The notes beneath the pieces are model-generated. The model saw nothing but the letters and a program-made list of their open reading frames with translations. It did no database searches and was not told the DNA's origin. A stretch of DNA of 63,817 nt, counting the filler, from Octopus bimaculoides (Eukaryota), in assembly GCF_001194135.2 (NCBI RefSeq). It is 6 parts of 6 records of this genome, joined end to end, with 100 filler letters (N's around TTAATTAATTAA, not from the genome) between each part and the next. Parts side by side here need not be neighbours in the genome. Positions count along the whole stretch, not along the records: positions 13,844 to 39,338 come from NC_068982.1; positions 39,439 to 52,772 come from NC_068987.1; 4 more parts are not named here. One strand, given 5' to 3'. This document shows positions 26,394 through 39,488 of the stretch, piece by piece. The translations under genes were made by a program, and so were the position numbers. The number at the start of each line of letters is the position of its first letter. The stretch's first letter is position 1.

Positions 26394-28278
26394 CCTCTCT
26401 TTTCTCGCTATATATGTATGTACGTATGCATGTATGTATGTATGTATGTATGTATGTTTGTATGTATGTATGTATGTATGTATGTATGTATGTATCACTC
26501 CCAAATTGTTATTGGTTTCGCTATTTGTCTGTAATGCACTTTAACTAAATTTTAAACTAAAAATGTAAATTCTTGGGTTTGATAAATGGAATTTGTACAT
26601 GAAATATAAATATTTGTAACATAACATAATAGACTTTACATCTTGTCCTGACATCGTACAATTAACATTTAGTAATTGCAACTAAATGGGAATAACTGTT
26701 TGACAGCAGTTACGTTATAAACTAATTTTACTAGATGTTATAACTTAATCCTTTATGAATAGTATAATATTTCAGATGAATTCATATGAAGTTATCATGA
26801 ATCTTGCAACATTGACGTGTCATATGCTAAACGGATGATAGTTATTCAGTATCCAGCAATCTACGATTGGACTCGAGATATAGGAATACTGATTGACGAT
26901 ATATCGAAACGTTAATTCTGTTATATTAATATGCTGAGAGCAAGTCATGCAGGCTTCTTCCTTGAATCATACAGGACATGTTTTGATTTTCGTTACTAGT
27001 GGTGATATCTACACAAATGCGCGATTACAACTACTTTTCAAAATATTTCTATCAAACCAAATATCTGGGTGTTTCTCACTCAATCAAAATAAACAGTGTG
27101 ACCAATAGCATGTAATGGTGTCACACTATGGAAGTGCATGCCCATTTTTAGAAGTTATTAGTCCTTTATTTCATGAGAAATATTAGTTATAAAGTAATAC
27201 GTTTATATGATTATATATAAAGTATTAGATTTTTATCATTTCTTCTATATCTAATAATTCAACAATTTAGGCAACCTTATGCATTTTATGGTATATTCGC
27301 AAAATAAGCAATAAACAAAAGAAACCCCAAAATAGTCAAACCATAAATGGGTCACGGATTCTACTATTCCCCAATTACAAAAATGGGATCATACATTTTA
27401 TACCCATTCTACTTTGGTATTTCTTGCTAGTCATAATACAAAGATGACGTCGATTGAAAAACTGCTTGTTCCATATGAACACTGTACTCTTTGGCAAATG
27501 TTTATACTGGATTCATTTTCTTTATCTGTCATTCATGAAATGTTAGCCAATTTATATGCGGACATATTCTTTGACAACATTCTTAGGAACGGTGGATTTA
27601 ATGAAACATTTTTGATTTCTTCCATTTAAATTATATCCTTCATAAAATATATATTTGTTTCTATTAGATTTCATTGACAACTAGCTCCTTAATATCAATA
27701 GAAAGTAATTTCAATCAATATTGAAATAATATTGATGTTATTGGGAATTCATTACACCGTGGAATTTGTTATTACACATGTAAATTCACGCCGCGACAAT
27801 GGGGATTGTTTTGAAATAGTGCTTGAAGAAAAGCTCCACCATGTATGTATATATTAAGGTAAAATACACAAAAAAGCACTGTACTGCATAACCACCAAAC
27901 AAGAGACAGCCTTATAGCAGTTTCTCGGCAGCAGTGGTTACACTTAACTTTTTCTGACAAGACGTTTACAGTTAGAAGGATTGTGCCTATTGAGTAGGTT
28001 GTCTAGTGAAATATAACATTGAGGATATGTAATAGGATGTAAATTCGCGTTAGATTGGTGCCCTTATATTAACGTTTCAACTACGTGCTATTCCCTGCCG
28101 GATAGTTACTTTGCTGTACAACTTGTATAACTTCTGATATTAGAAAAACTATATGGGATATCTTGCGTTCAATATCGGGCCTTCTTTTCTTGTTATCAGC
28201 TGTGAACTTATAATGAAGACGTTACAACAAGGGCCAGTACGCATTTTTATATTACAGATTGCATTATCTAATGGCTCG

Positions 28279-28452
28279 AAGGCTGCGAGCTTGCAGAATC
28301 GTCAACACGCTGAGCAAAATGCTCTGTGGCATTTCCTTTGTCCCTACGCTCTGAGTTCAAATTCCGTCGAGGTTGACTTTCCTTTCATCCATTCAGAGTC
28401 GGTGGGTTGAGTACTGTAGTCGATTTAATCAACTTAACCCCTCCTCAAAATT
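28279..28452 (+). mobile_element. SINE family C, diverged
   Basis: aaggctgcgagcttgcagaatcg...ctgagttcaaattccgtcgaggttgactttcctttcatcc. Confidence 0.8.
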
Positions 28453-29896
28453 ACTCACTCCAAACATTTGAGACAATTATCTAATGGATTTAATGACGTA
28501 TCCAATAAGTGATAGAATTGAGTAGTGTTTGGAGTAGACCGAGAGACCTTGCTGAATCCCTTGCAGAAACTTGTTGAATTACTCGTAATATATCACGGTT
28601 GACCTCACTCAGTTCTAGCCGATACATGTTCAATGATGCATTTGCATGATATTCTTCTAGTCTCGAACTCAGGATGTCACGATCTACAGTTGCATTATGC
28701 TGATGCATATATTGTAAAACTTACGTTTATTAGAAATTGACTAAGTGAATCGGAAGTTTAATTTGATTGATATTTTATACAAACACATCATATCAATAAA
28801 ATATGAGTATCGTTTCACTGGTTTCATTTAACTAGAGCATAAAAACAATGATGCGAAACGATAAGTGGAAATAGGCGGAAATATAGAATAATATCTGAAT
28901 TATTGTAACTTAATTATAAATGATGGAATATGAGGTTTATGGCATTCACTTTATTAATGTCAGCGCAAAATAATGATTGTAAATTTAGATTAGGTGAGGT
29001 CGAAATATTATGAAATAAATTATAATAAAAGTTTAGGAAATAAATATATAATAATTTTGAAATTAAAAATCGTATTAGAATTATTTGTAAGAAGTATATG
29101 AAAATAAGAGAACATACAGTGACGCTTCAATAACGTCGCTTTGCACACTAATCACTCCACTCATTCTTTATCACAATGTGTTTCGGAGATTTTTAAATGC
29201 ATAAAATCTTATCTTATCTTGGTACATGACACTCTCCTTTCCTCTGTTCTGTGATTTCTAATCCGAGTTCCATATTAAAAACCTAGCAGTATTTATTCTT
29301 CTAAGAGATCATATCATTATTCCATGCATTCCTCCTGCAGATTTGTAAAATTAACATCAACTGCATTCGTTTAATTGCTGGCTAGTCCAGAGTATTTTGT
29401 TTTGGAACCGTAGTACACTACTATATATATCACAGGTTTACAACTCAATATTGTGCCTCCGTTTGTGTTAACAGAGAGATATGTTCATTCTTAAGTTTAT
29501 CTTATAAAATATAATGGGTGTATATGCATGTTTCAAGGGTTAATTCAATTTCATCAGTATCGAATCTAATCCAACAATTATCCATGAATGTATTGCTCAA
29601 ATACCCACTAGGCTTAGCGGTCTAACGTAGCTGGATAGAACAATCTGCACATAAATTCCATTTCTGGCCACTGGTACTTATATTTAATTGCTAGCAAGGA
29701 TACAGTATTTCGTTTTGAAATCGTAATATACAACCAAGTATATTATAGGTTTACAAGTCAATATTGTGTCGTACCTTGTGTTAGCAGTGCGATGTTTTTA
29801 GTTTAAAGTTTTTCTCCCAAGACTTTCTATAGAATTGGTTGCAAACGAAATACTGTGACTTGCCAACTTTTAAAATATACGTACTATACTGCGTTT

Positions 29897-30045
29897 GACC
29901 CTAACAACCACTTGACAACTGATGTTAATTTGTTTATGTCCTTGTAAATTAGAGGCTCGGCAATAGATCTCGACAGAAATTGTAACAGGCTTAAAAAGTG
30001 TACTGGGATCGATTTGATTGGACCAAACTCTCCGGTGTGGCGCTA
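29897..30045 (+). mobile_element. Degenerate 3' half of SINE family A
   Basis: cttgacaactgatg...tttatgtcc.tgtaa.ttag.ggctcggcaa...tactgggatcgattt. Confidence 0.6.
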
Positions 30046-32723
30046 TTTAATGTACCATCCTAACACAGATCTTGCATCCTATGAGGCCTCTTCTTCCGCT
30101 GTTCCTAGGAACATACAGTCTATCAGTATCACTTTTGCGGTGTAGTTCCTTGTTAATTGTCATCACTTTTCTAGTTTTCCTGTCCATTTCCCCAAGCTTG
30201 TTCTTTGTACACCTAACAACACGTGCACCGTATAGCATTAGGGAAAAAGCGCATGTGTCCATTGCCCTAATCTTTTTTTCCATTGAGTCTACTTCCCATA
30301 ATTGACTTGGTTCTTCTGAGCTATTCTCGTCTAAAGCTTTCTTTCATTTCATTTTTCTTGATTCAGACATATTCTAAAATCCCCAGATATTTAATATCCA
30401 TTAGTCTCAATATCCTTGATTTTCGTGGCGTTGTGTAGTTTTACACCATCAGTGGACACTAATTTGCCTTTTTTTTTATTTTAAGCATACCATACATTTT
30501 AGTCCCAAACTTCTTTCCGATAACCTGGCTGAGTATCTGCACTGTTGAAACTAAGTCATTTATTTCACTGCAGTCTTTCCGAAGATCTTTAAATCACTCA
30601 TATATAACAGATGGTTTCATTTTCTTCCACTTTTCAAGGTGTACCCTTCTGTCACTTTCTGTAGTATTTATGTGAGGTATATTATACAAATCACAAACAG
30701 CAATGGTGATAGGCTATCTTCTTGAAATATAGCTCTCTTGATGTTAAATGTTGCCAAAAAATTTCCATATGAAGTGATGTCTGTATTCCAGTTCTTCATT
30801 GATCTCTTAATAAAATTGCACATGTAATAAGACACCTGTACCAGCTCAAGACTTGCTAAAACCCAGGCATGTGGGACCATATCATACGCTTTCTTATGAT
30901 CGATCCACGCCATGCCCAGATTAGTAAATCTTTTCTTCAGTAACATTACGTCTATCAAAAGTTAGTCTTTTGTCCCTCAGCCTTTTTGTTCCATCTATTT
31001 CAGGAAGTTATACACGTAATTAGATATTATTCCTTTGATAAGCTTCTACATCAGGAGTAGACAGGTAATATGCCGGTAGCTATCCACTGCATTGCTTTTG
31101 CCGCGATCATTTTGACAAAGAATTGTTTTGCCTGTGGTCATTCACTTTGGGATGTGTACACCGTTGTTGTTCATTTTATCCGTTTGTATGGCTATTCTCC
31201 AGTTTAGTGCTGGGAAATCTTTCAGCAAATAACCTTATACCCTATCCGATCCTGGGCATTTCCAGTTTAGGGTCTTTGTTCGGTTACCATTTCAGTCGCT
31301 ATTCTAATATTGCAGTTTCACTTTATATTTTGCCGACCTAAATTACTTAAGCCATCTAGCATCTTTGTTCTGCTTTCTTCCATTATCTCAGATGTCACTC
31401 CAAAATCCTTTTACTTTCTACAGCCTCTGCTCTCTCACTGATGTTAATCGCTCTATTCCGCTATTGATAAACCCTTTTCTGGCCGTGATGGAACAATCTG
31501 TTGATTATAAATTTTCAATTGTTTTGTCACATCTCTTGATCGATGTCGCTTTAGGCTGCAATCTTTATTTCAGCTCTTCAAAAACTACATCTAGCCCCTT
31601 TTACTTTATCCTGCATTCTAGTTCCTGATATTTTTCTTCCCTCTTGATTTCACTTTTTTTTCTTTTCTTTTCAAAGTGTTGATATGTTTTCGTAGTTCCT
31701 TCATTGATTGTTTTATTCTTTTCCCCAGGGTTTTTTCTTCATTCCCACATTTACGGTTTGGTTCGAGGCCTACTTTATTTTCAATATAGATGATGCAGGC
31801 TTTAATCAATCTTTTCGTCCCGGATGTATTATTAATCTTGATTTCTTTCAGTATATTATTCACCTTAAGGGTCTACCCGCTGAGTAAATTTCTATCTCTT
31901 TTCCTGAATTCAATTATTTCCATATCCAGCTTTTTCTCAATGATATTAATAACATATTCGATCATTCCTTTGTCTTCATCATTTAGTCTTTCTCTACACT
32001 CAGGGCTTGAGAAATTATGCATCTCCCGGTCATCGTCATCATTCTCTGTATCTACTTCTGCATCGTTCCCCGTCTTTTCGTTCATCACCCTCTTCCTAAT
32101 GTCATCGAGTTCTAGTACTGTCAGCCTGGTTACAGAGTCTCTACCGTAACATCTTACGGCAGGGACCTAGGAGATGAAAGTCATGGGAAGGGATATAAGA
32201 GATGCTACACGGATGGTAGTTGAACCACGAAAGACAGGTCAAGCTTGGCGAGACACCGGTCACGTGGAACGAGAGGAGAGGGGCAGAGGGATAGAAGAAT
32301 TAGGTAGGGACGAGAAAGAAAAAGGAAAGGGTCAGAGTAAGGTAAAAGAGGAGGGTAAGTGAGAATGAAGGGATATGAGATAAGGGGTGCGAGAAAAAGA
32401 TGCTTCACCATCCATATGTTATGCATCCTCTTATTATATCCTCTTACGGGTCTTCCTTCGTTATCAGTAGGTCTGCTCAAAAAATAACATTCCATAACTG
32501 TTATATTCATCGTCTTAGTCCATTTAGTTCTAGCAGCCGCATAATGACTACCGGGGCTGTGTTGCTCACCCACAGGGCACCTGCCGGACGAAAGCCTGTT
32601 ACTTGTAATTCCGTCCTCATTTACGCTGTTAATTCTAGTATTCATTACTCTCGTGCAGAAGTGTCGGTAAGGTGTCACAACCATCAGTTTTTTTATCGGG
32701 ACACCATCTCTAAAAAGACTCAA
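30046..32723 (-). mobile_element. R4/Dong-like retrotransposon: N-terminus through RT, 3'-truncated and degraded, interrupted at 32154-32395
   Basis: KWTKTMNITVMECYFLSRP...GRPVRGYNKRMHNIW, YRHITCL, WIDHKKAYDMVPH, IFQEDSLSPLLF, NHLLYMSDLK, MDRKTRKVMT...SDTDRLYVPR..GRRGLI. Confidence 0.88.
32154..32400. mobile_element. Purine-rich dispersed repeat family D inserted in the R4-like ORF
   Basis: Removing 32154-32395 restores ...atc ttt gat gtt acg (IFDVT) on the minus strand; homologous to 37128-37351. Confidence 0.75.
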
Positions 32724-33070
32724 AGTGGCCCTTCTCCCCTTAGAAAATAACGTTAGCTATCCTGTGCTGAACACTAAGCCCATTCAAACCTTCATCACCC
32801 CGTCATACTTATTGCAGGTCTACATTGTTTTGTATGTCCGTCAGAAGACATAATGTTCTCAGTGAGGTGTTTCTTCTGTTCCTAGGTTGTCTGATAGCAT
32901 TATTGAGGGCCCACATGCTGAATGGTCTAGGTAGTCACAGAAGAAAAAAAAATTATTTGCTACAGTATATTCCTAATATTACTCTTCTAAGTGCCGGTCC
33001 CTGTAGAATAAATAGCATCTAATTGTCTCTATAACTGATCCAGGTAGTGTATCAGTAATATATTTCAGAA

Positions 33071-33265
33071 AGGCGCAGGAGTGGCTGTGTGGTAAGTAGC
33101 TTCCTTAACAACCACATGGTCCGGGTTCAGTCCCACTCCGTGGCACCTTGGGCAAGTGTCTTCTACTATAGCCTCGGGTCGACCAAGGCCTTTTGAGTGG
33201 ATTTGGTAGACGGAAACTGAAAGAAGCCCGTCGTATATATGTATGTATATATATATACATATATA
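33071..33265 (+). mobile_element. SINE family A 5' half (intact tRNA-like head) ending at a (TA)n gap
   Basis: aggcgcaggagtggctgtgtggtaag...gggttcagtccc...gaagcccgtcg. Confidence 0.93.
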
Positions 33266-33896
33266 NNNNNNNNNNNNNNNNNNNNNNNNNNNNNNNNNNN
33301 NNNNNNNNNNNNNNNNNNNNNNNNNNNNNNNNNNNNNNNNNNNNNNNNNNNNNNNNNNNNNNNNNNNNNNNNNNNNNNNNNNNNNNNNNNNNNNNNNNNN
33401 NNNNNNNNNNNNNNNNNNNNNNNNNNNNNNNNNNNNNNNNNNNNNNNNNNNNNNNNNNNNNNNNNNNNNNNNNNNNNNNNNNNNNNNNNNNNNNNNNNNN
33501 NNNNNNNNNNNNNNNNNNNNNNNNNNNNNNNNNNNNNNNNNNNNNNNNNNNNNNNNNNNNNNNNNNNNNNNNNNNNNNNNNNNNNNNNNNNNNNNNNNNN
33601 NNNNNNNNNNNNNNNNNNNNNNNNNNNNNNNNNNNNNNNNNNNNNNNNNNNNNNNNNNNNNNNNNNNNNNNNNNNNNNNNNNNNNNNNNNNNNNNNNNNN
33701 NNNNNNNNNNNNNNNNNNNNNNNNNNNNNNNNNNNNNNNNNNNNNNNNNNNNNNNNNNNNNNNNNNNNNNNNNNNNNNNNNNNNNNNNNNNNNNNNNNNN
33801 NNNNNNNNNNNNNNNNNNNNNNNNNNNNNNNNNNNNNNNNNNNNNNNNNNNNNNNNNNNNNNNNNNNNNNNNNNNNNNNNNNNNTATAATACTTGC

Positions 33897-33898
<2 letters not shown>

Positions 33899-33970
<72 letters not shown>

Positions 33971-33996
33971 TAATAATAATAATAATAATAATAATA
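33899..33996. repeat. (AAT)n microsatellite
   Basis: Read directly. Confidence 0.95.
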
Positions 33997-34464
33997 GCAA
34001 GTAGATTGCCAATATACCGTTTTTTATGAATATATGTGTTACACGCAATAAATATAATATGTATATATGGAGCCACATTGCGAAAATAAATCCTATTGAG
34101 GAATCACAAACACTTCATAGGTTAGAAGTCAAAAATGAACTGTGAGTTTTCTCACCATTAAAAAATCGTCCATCATTGGCTACGGCCTAGGGATTTGTAA
34201 CGAAGCAGAAACGCCTTTTATTGTCAAGTTCAGTGTTTTTTCACACAAATGCTCTGGAATGGAAATTTCTCCACTAAGAGATTTGTCAAAGTGAAAAGAT
34301 TTCCACGTTCGAGTTTATACGAAGGTGCTTAATAAATATGATCGCAAATTATTTTAAACAGTGATGCTTGGTTTGATTTCATTTAATTTCTAATAGTTTT
34401 ACTTCGGAAAGAACAATACGGCAACTATTTTCACAGCGAATTATTATACGCGTATTAATTGAAT

Positions 34465-34638
34465 AGGCGCGGGTGTGGCTGTAAGGTAAGAAGCTTGCTT
34501 CCGAACCACTTGCTTTTGAATTCAATTCCACTGCATGACACTTTGGGCAACAGTCTTTTACTATAGTCTCGAGACGACCAAAGCTTTGTGAGTGGATTTG
34601 GTACACGGAAACTGAAATAAACCTATCGTATATATATA
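34465..34638 (+). mobile_element. SINE family A 5' half, diverged
   Basis: aggcgcgggtgtggctgtaaggtaag...gtgagtggatttggtacacggaaactgaaa. Confidence 0.85.
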
Positions 34639-35170
34639 NNNNNNNNNNNNNNNNNNNNNNNNNNNNNNNNNNNNNNNNNNNNNNNNNNNNNNNNNNNNNN
34701 NNNNNNNNNNNNNNNNNNNNNNNNNNNNNNNNNNNNNNNNNNNNNNNNNNNNNNNNNNNNNNNNNNNNNNNNNNNNNNNNNNNNNNNNNNNNNNNNNNNN
34801 NNNNNNNNNNNNNNNNNNNNNNNNNNNNNNNNNNNNNNNNNNNNNNNNNNNNNNNNNNNNNNNNNNNNNNNNNNNNNNNNNNNNNNNNNNNNNNNNNNNN
34901 NNNNNNNNNNNNNNNNNNNNNNNNNNNNNNNNNNNNNNNNNNNNNNNNNNNNNNNNNNNNNNNNNNNNNNNNNNNNNNNNNNNNNNNNNNNNNNNNNNNN
35001 NNNNNNNNNNNNNNNNNNNNNNNNNNNNNNNNNNNNNNNNNNNNNNNNNNNNNNNNNNNNNNNNNNNNNNNNNNNNNNNNNNNNNNNNNNNNNNNNNNNN
35101 NNNNNNNNNNNNNNNNNNNNNNNNNNNNNNNNNNNNNNNNNNNNNNNNNNNNNNNNNNNNNNNNNNNNNN

Positions 35171-35409
35171 ATGATATTTACTTCGTATTATTATATTATA
35201 CTCATTTATTGTGCTTTTAATTATTAATTTTTCTATATGTGATAGTGGATTTTCATCGATGAGTTCTTGAAAATTGGTTATTTTCCCTAAAACTATATAT
35301 TTTATATATACTTTATCTATAAGGGTCAATTTAATTTTAATTTTTTATAAATTGATTTTAATTGAGTTTTTTTACCTGTAATTTTGGATTTTGTCCGTGA
35401 TATTATTAT
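35171..35409. mobile_element. Family H, copy 2
   Basis: Homologous to 16639-16920 and shares the end ggattttgtccgt.atattatt. Confidence 0.85.
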
Positions 35410-35524
35410 ATATATATATATATATATATATCATAGTTCATACAAGCTGTGGTTGTCTTCATTTGCAAGTAAGGATAAGTAGATGAACTATGTATGATAA
35501 ATATTGTTTTTCAACGTTTGGCAG

Positions 35525-35708
35525 AAGGCCACCAATTTCAGAATACAGAATAAGTCAAATACATCGACTCCTCGTACTTATTTTATCGACCCCGAAAGAA
35601 TGAAATGCAAAGTCCACTCGATGGCATTTGAACTGAGAAAGTAATGGCGGACTAAATTCCGCTAGACATTTAGCCCGGAGTGTCTTCGTTCCTGCTAGCT
35701 CCCCGCTT
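35525..35708 (-). mobile_element. SINE family C, diverged
   Basis: tttatcgaccccgaaagaatgaaatgcaaagtc...tttgaactgag...gctagctccccgc. Confidence 0.75.
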
Positions 35709-36444
35709 TATGCGTAATAAGGCCAGCAATTTTGCGGGAGGGGCTACTTGATTACATTATGAAGTGACACTATAATAGTTGTATTCAAGAAAGAAGGAAG
35801 GAAGATTATAAAATATTTAGTGTCAGCCATGGGAATTATATGAAATTCATTGCATTCGCTGTATTCTCTATAGTAAACGATTCGCTGTTTACTATTGGTA
35901 ATATAGATATGAAATGCCTTAACTGAAGGTTAACGAAATTATGCATTTCCTATCATCTATTACGCAAACCTGAATCGTGCTTATCAAATGATTTCAAAAT
36001 ATCATTATTTGTTTTGGTTTTATTATTACAACAATGTGTGTGTGTTTGTGTGTCTGTTTGTCTGTCTGTCTTCGTATATATGAGTGTACATGCATACGTA
36101 CAAATAATTCAGTGAAGTTGGTTGAAACGAAGTTGATTAATTTCATAGGTAGTATTTAATTGAAGTAAGGGAGTAAACATTTCATTATTATTATCTTCTT
36201 TTTTCTATATAAACGTTCTCCGAAGAAAAACAATTCATTTATTCCCACACAGAAGAAAAGAGTAAGAAATATAATTAATTTCGTACATTTAACATGATTG
36301 ACACTAATTTTCAATTTCAATTACATTTTCTTCTTTTTGTTTAGCATCAATACAATGTACGGTTATTTAATATTGATTACTTGTAACATCATTTTTGGTG
36401 GTGGTATTCTGTACAGACTTGCGTTAGTTGGGCTATACATAAGT

Positions 36445-36589
36445 AAATGGAACTCCACTCGAAGCCTGATACATATTCTATGAAGTCTTTGCCGTACCGC
36501 TAGGTTACGAGCACGTAAATGCAACAATACCAGTTACCAGTTGTCAAGCAGTGATGTGGGGCAGACACAAACACACGAACACACCCACG

Positions 36590-36633
<44 letters not shown>
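36445..36633 (-). mobile_element. Degenerate 3' half of SINE family A
   Basis: ctttgccgtaccgctaggttacg...cacgtaaa...gttgtcaagc is the reverse complement of the family A 3' body. Confidence 0.65.
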
Positions 36634-37007
36634 NNNNNNNNNNNNNNNNNNNNNNNNNNNNNNNNNNNNNNNNNNNNNNNNNNNNNNNNNNNNNNNNNNN
36701 NNNNNNNNNNNNNNNNNNNNNNNNNNNNNNNNNNNNNNNNNNNNNNNNNNNNNNNNNNNNNNNNNNNNNNNNNNNNNNNNNNNNNNNNNNNNNNNNNNNN
36801 NNNNNNNNNNNNNNNNNNNNNNNNNNNNNNNNNNNNNNNNNNNNNNNNNNNNNNNNNNNNNNNNNNNNNNNNNNNNNNNAGATGTCCTATTATAGGCGTC
36901 TCTGCATTTCTAATGAATAATACATAGTATATTGACTGTTTTTACTCTCGCTAGACCACTGGTGGTAAATAAAATTTCTAAAATTGTCTTTGCCACCCTA
37001 TAATTTA

Positions 37008-37046
<39 letters not shown>

Positions 37047-37127
37047 ATGTATATATATATCACCCTCTCACTTCTGTTCTAGCCTTTCTACTTATTCTTT
37101 TTCTCTCGCTCCCTATTGTATTCCTAG

Positions 37128-37351
37128 CTGCACGGATGGTAGTCGAACCAAGAAAGAAAGATGGGGCATGGCCGAACACCGGTCACGTAGTAGGAGTGGA
37201 GAGAGGTAGTGGATAGAGGAATTGAAGAATTAGGGAGGGACGGGAAAGAGAGAAATAAAGGAAAAGGACAGACTGAGATAAAGAGGAAGGAAAGGGATCA
37301 GAATGAAAGGAGTGCCAAGAACTGTGAGAGAGGGTGGAAGCGAGAAAAAGA
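37128..37351. mobile_element. Family D, copy 2
   Basis: Shares cacggatggtagt.gaacca.gaaaga, acaccggtcacgt, gaagaattagg.agggacg and the terminal gcgagaaaaaga with 32154-32400. Confidence 0.75.
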
Positions 37352-37406
37352 AAAGTGCAAGGAACGAAGAAAATATGAAAGAGACTAAAGAAAGAGTCAT
37401 ACAGAA

Positions 37407-37544
<138 letters not shown>

Positions 37545-37629
37545 CTTACATGCAGGAGACCAAACGTGTGCGTGCGCCGCTATATGTATATATCAAAAAA
37601 TCAAAACAAAAAATAGAACAAGAATGTAA

Positions 37630-37765
37630 CAGGCGACAACAAAACGTTCGGACAGTAGGTGATACAAAAAAAACGACTGTAAAAAAAAAAAAAACAAAGA
37701 AGGAACATTTGGCAGATCTTTCAATCTTCAGTCAAGAAGCAGATCGTCGCTGCAGCTTCGGCCAT
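37630..37765. mobile_element. Diverged relative of the 55.4-kb fold-back element arm
   Basis: caacaaaacgttcggacagtaggtgatacaaaa versus caaaacatccagacagttaggtgatacaagaa; tcttcagtcaag versus tcctcagtcgag. Confidence 0.5.
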
Positions 37766-38530
37766 CAATGTGATCAACACTTACAGTTAACTATCTATAT
37801 TTATTCTTGAGACATTTAGAATTGAAACGTATAATGCTTATGCAAGTGAACGTGATTGATATAGATGAACATCACTCTACATCATTGATAATAAAATATA
37901 ACTAAAACAAATTCATTAACGCAACAACAACCCCTACACACCAAACTATATTGTAAAATATCAATTTTTAATTCAATAATTCGGATCAACTATTATATCT
38001 GAGAATGGGCACCAAACTGTACCAAAATGATTCTCTGATAAAATTCCCACGGGGAATTTATAAATTAAGAATCAATGGATGAAGAACCGGTCTAGCACTT
38101 GGGTTTGTGGTCATAAACAGCTTCCATTCACTAAAGGTGACACTGTTTCTCGTTATATAAACCACAAAAACTGTAAAAATAAATTGGATAAAAATCGGTA
38201 AAAAAACAAATACCTTGTGCTGATTAAAATGAAATGAAGATAGTTTGACATTAATGAATGTCTAACAAAAAGAAAAACAGGTAGCATTGTGCCAATAAAG
38301 AAATATTTCTGTTAGTAATAAGTAAAATGATCAGAATTACATGGTAAAATTTATTTTAGATTGATAAATTAATGCATCGTGATTTAGTAATGACTTCATG
38401 AAGAACGCGTTCTTCTGGTATTCTGTTGTCAATATGTATTGCTAGCGACAGTTTATTAAAAAAATCTTAACTGAGTAATTCATTATTAATACACACACAC
38501 ACGCATACACAGAGGTATATCTACATATAA

Positions 38531-38595
<65 letters not shown>

Positions 38596-38615
38596 TATAG
38601 ATATACACATATAAA

Positions 38616-38789
38616 TTATAATTGAGAGTATCTAAGATACCACTATGCTAGACATGGCAGTTAAAGCCAGACTCCAAAACCACATCTAGTAATCATACAA
38701 CACAAGGTATGAATACTTGATGTGGTTTTGAAGTAAGTCTTTGACTGCCATTTCTAGCATGGTGGTATCTTAGATACCCTCAATTATAA
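38616..38789. mobile_element. 174-bp palindromic (MITE-like) hairpin: 83-bp arms, 8-nt loop
   Basis: 38616-38698 versus rc 38707-38789 has about 10 mismatches and no indels; loop aacacaag. Confidence 0.85.
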
Positions 38790-39338
38790 CTTTAATAGTA
38801 ATTATTATCTACAAGGCTTTTCTTCCCATTCTGGCTAGTTGATATGATCGTTATTTTAAATAACGGCCTTATCCTTATATATATATACACACATACATAC
38901 NNNNNNNNNNTATATATACCGGAGTAAGCGCATGAAATGTGCAGCAAGGTGGAAAAAAGAGTACTGAAATACCAGAGGTAGAGTAATAGGTTCACACTCA
39001 CATATACTTGTATGTGTACATGCGCATGCACAAGGTTATGATCGTAACTATTTGCGTACATATCAGCATATGTATCTATATGCGTGATGCTATATACATT
39101 TTTGTATACGCGCATATGCGCAATCTAAATGTTTATGCACGTTCACTATATGTTCTTGCTTATTTTCTCTCTCTACTTCTTCCTTCCTATCCCCAGCCTT
39201 TCTCTCTTCTCTTTTCTTCCTTTTTTTCCATTTCTTTCTTTCTTTCTTTATTCTCTTTCTTTCTCCTTTCCCTTTTTTATGACAACTACATTCCCCCCGC
39301 CACCCCCTTTCCCATATTTAACGTTATTATAGATACGT

Positions 39339-39438
39339 NNNNNNNNNNNNNNNNNNNNNNNNNNNNNNNNNNNNNNNNNNNNTTAATTAATTAANNNNNN
39401 NNNNNNNNNNNNNNNNNNNNNNNNNNNNNNNNNNNNNN
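39339..39438. other. Synthetic scaffolding linker N44-TTAATTAATTAA-N44
   Basis: Same 100-nt block. Confidence 0.97.
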
Positions 39439-39472
39439 CCCTCCGCCATGCTGCTTCATTTCTAAGACTTAC

Positions 39473-39488
39473 TCTGTCTTTCCAACAT
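39473..39488 (-). CDS. Candidate first coding exon (MLERQ, phase 1) of a minus-strand gene
   Basis: Minus strand reads ggaagtcgccATGttggaaagacaga|gtaagt: Kozak-like GCCATG, YY1-like CGCCATGTT, strong donor. No downstream exon identified. Confidence 0.3.
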
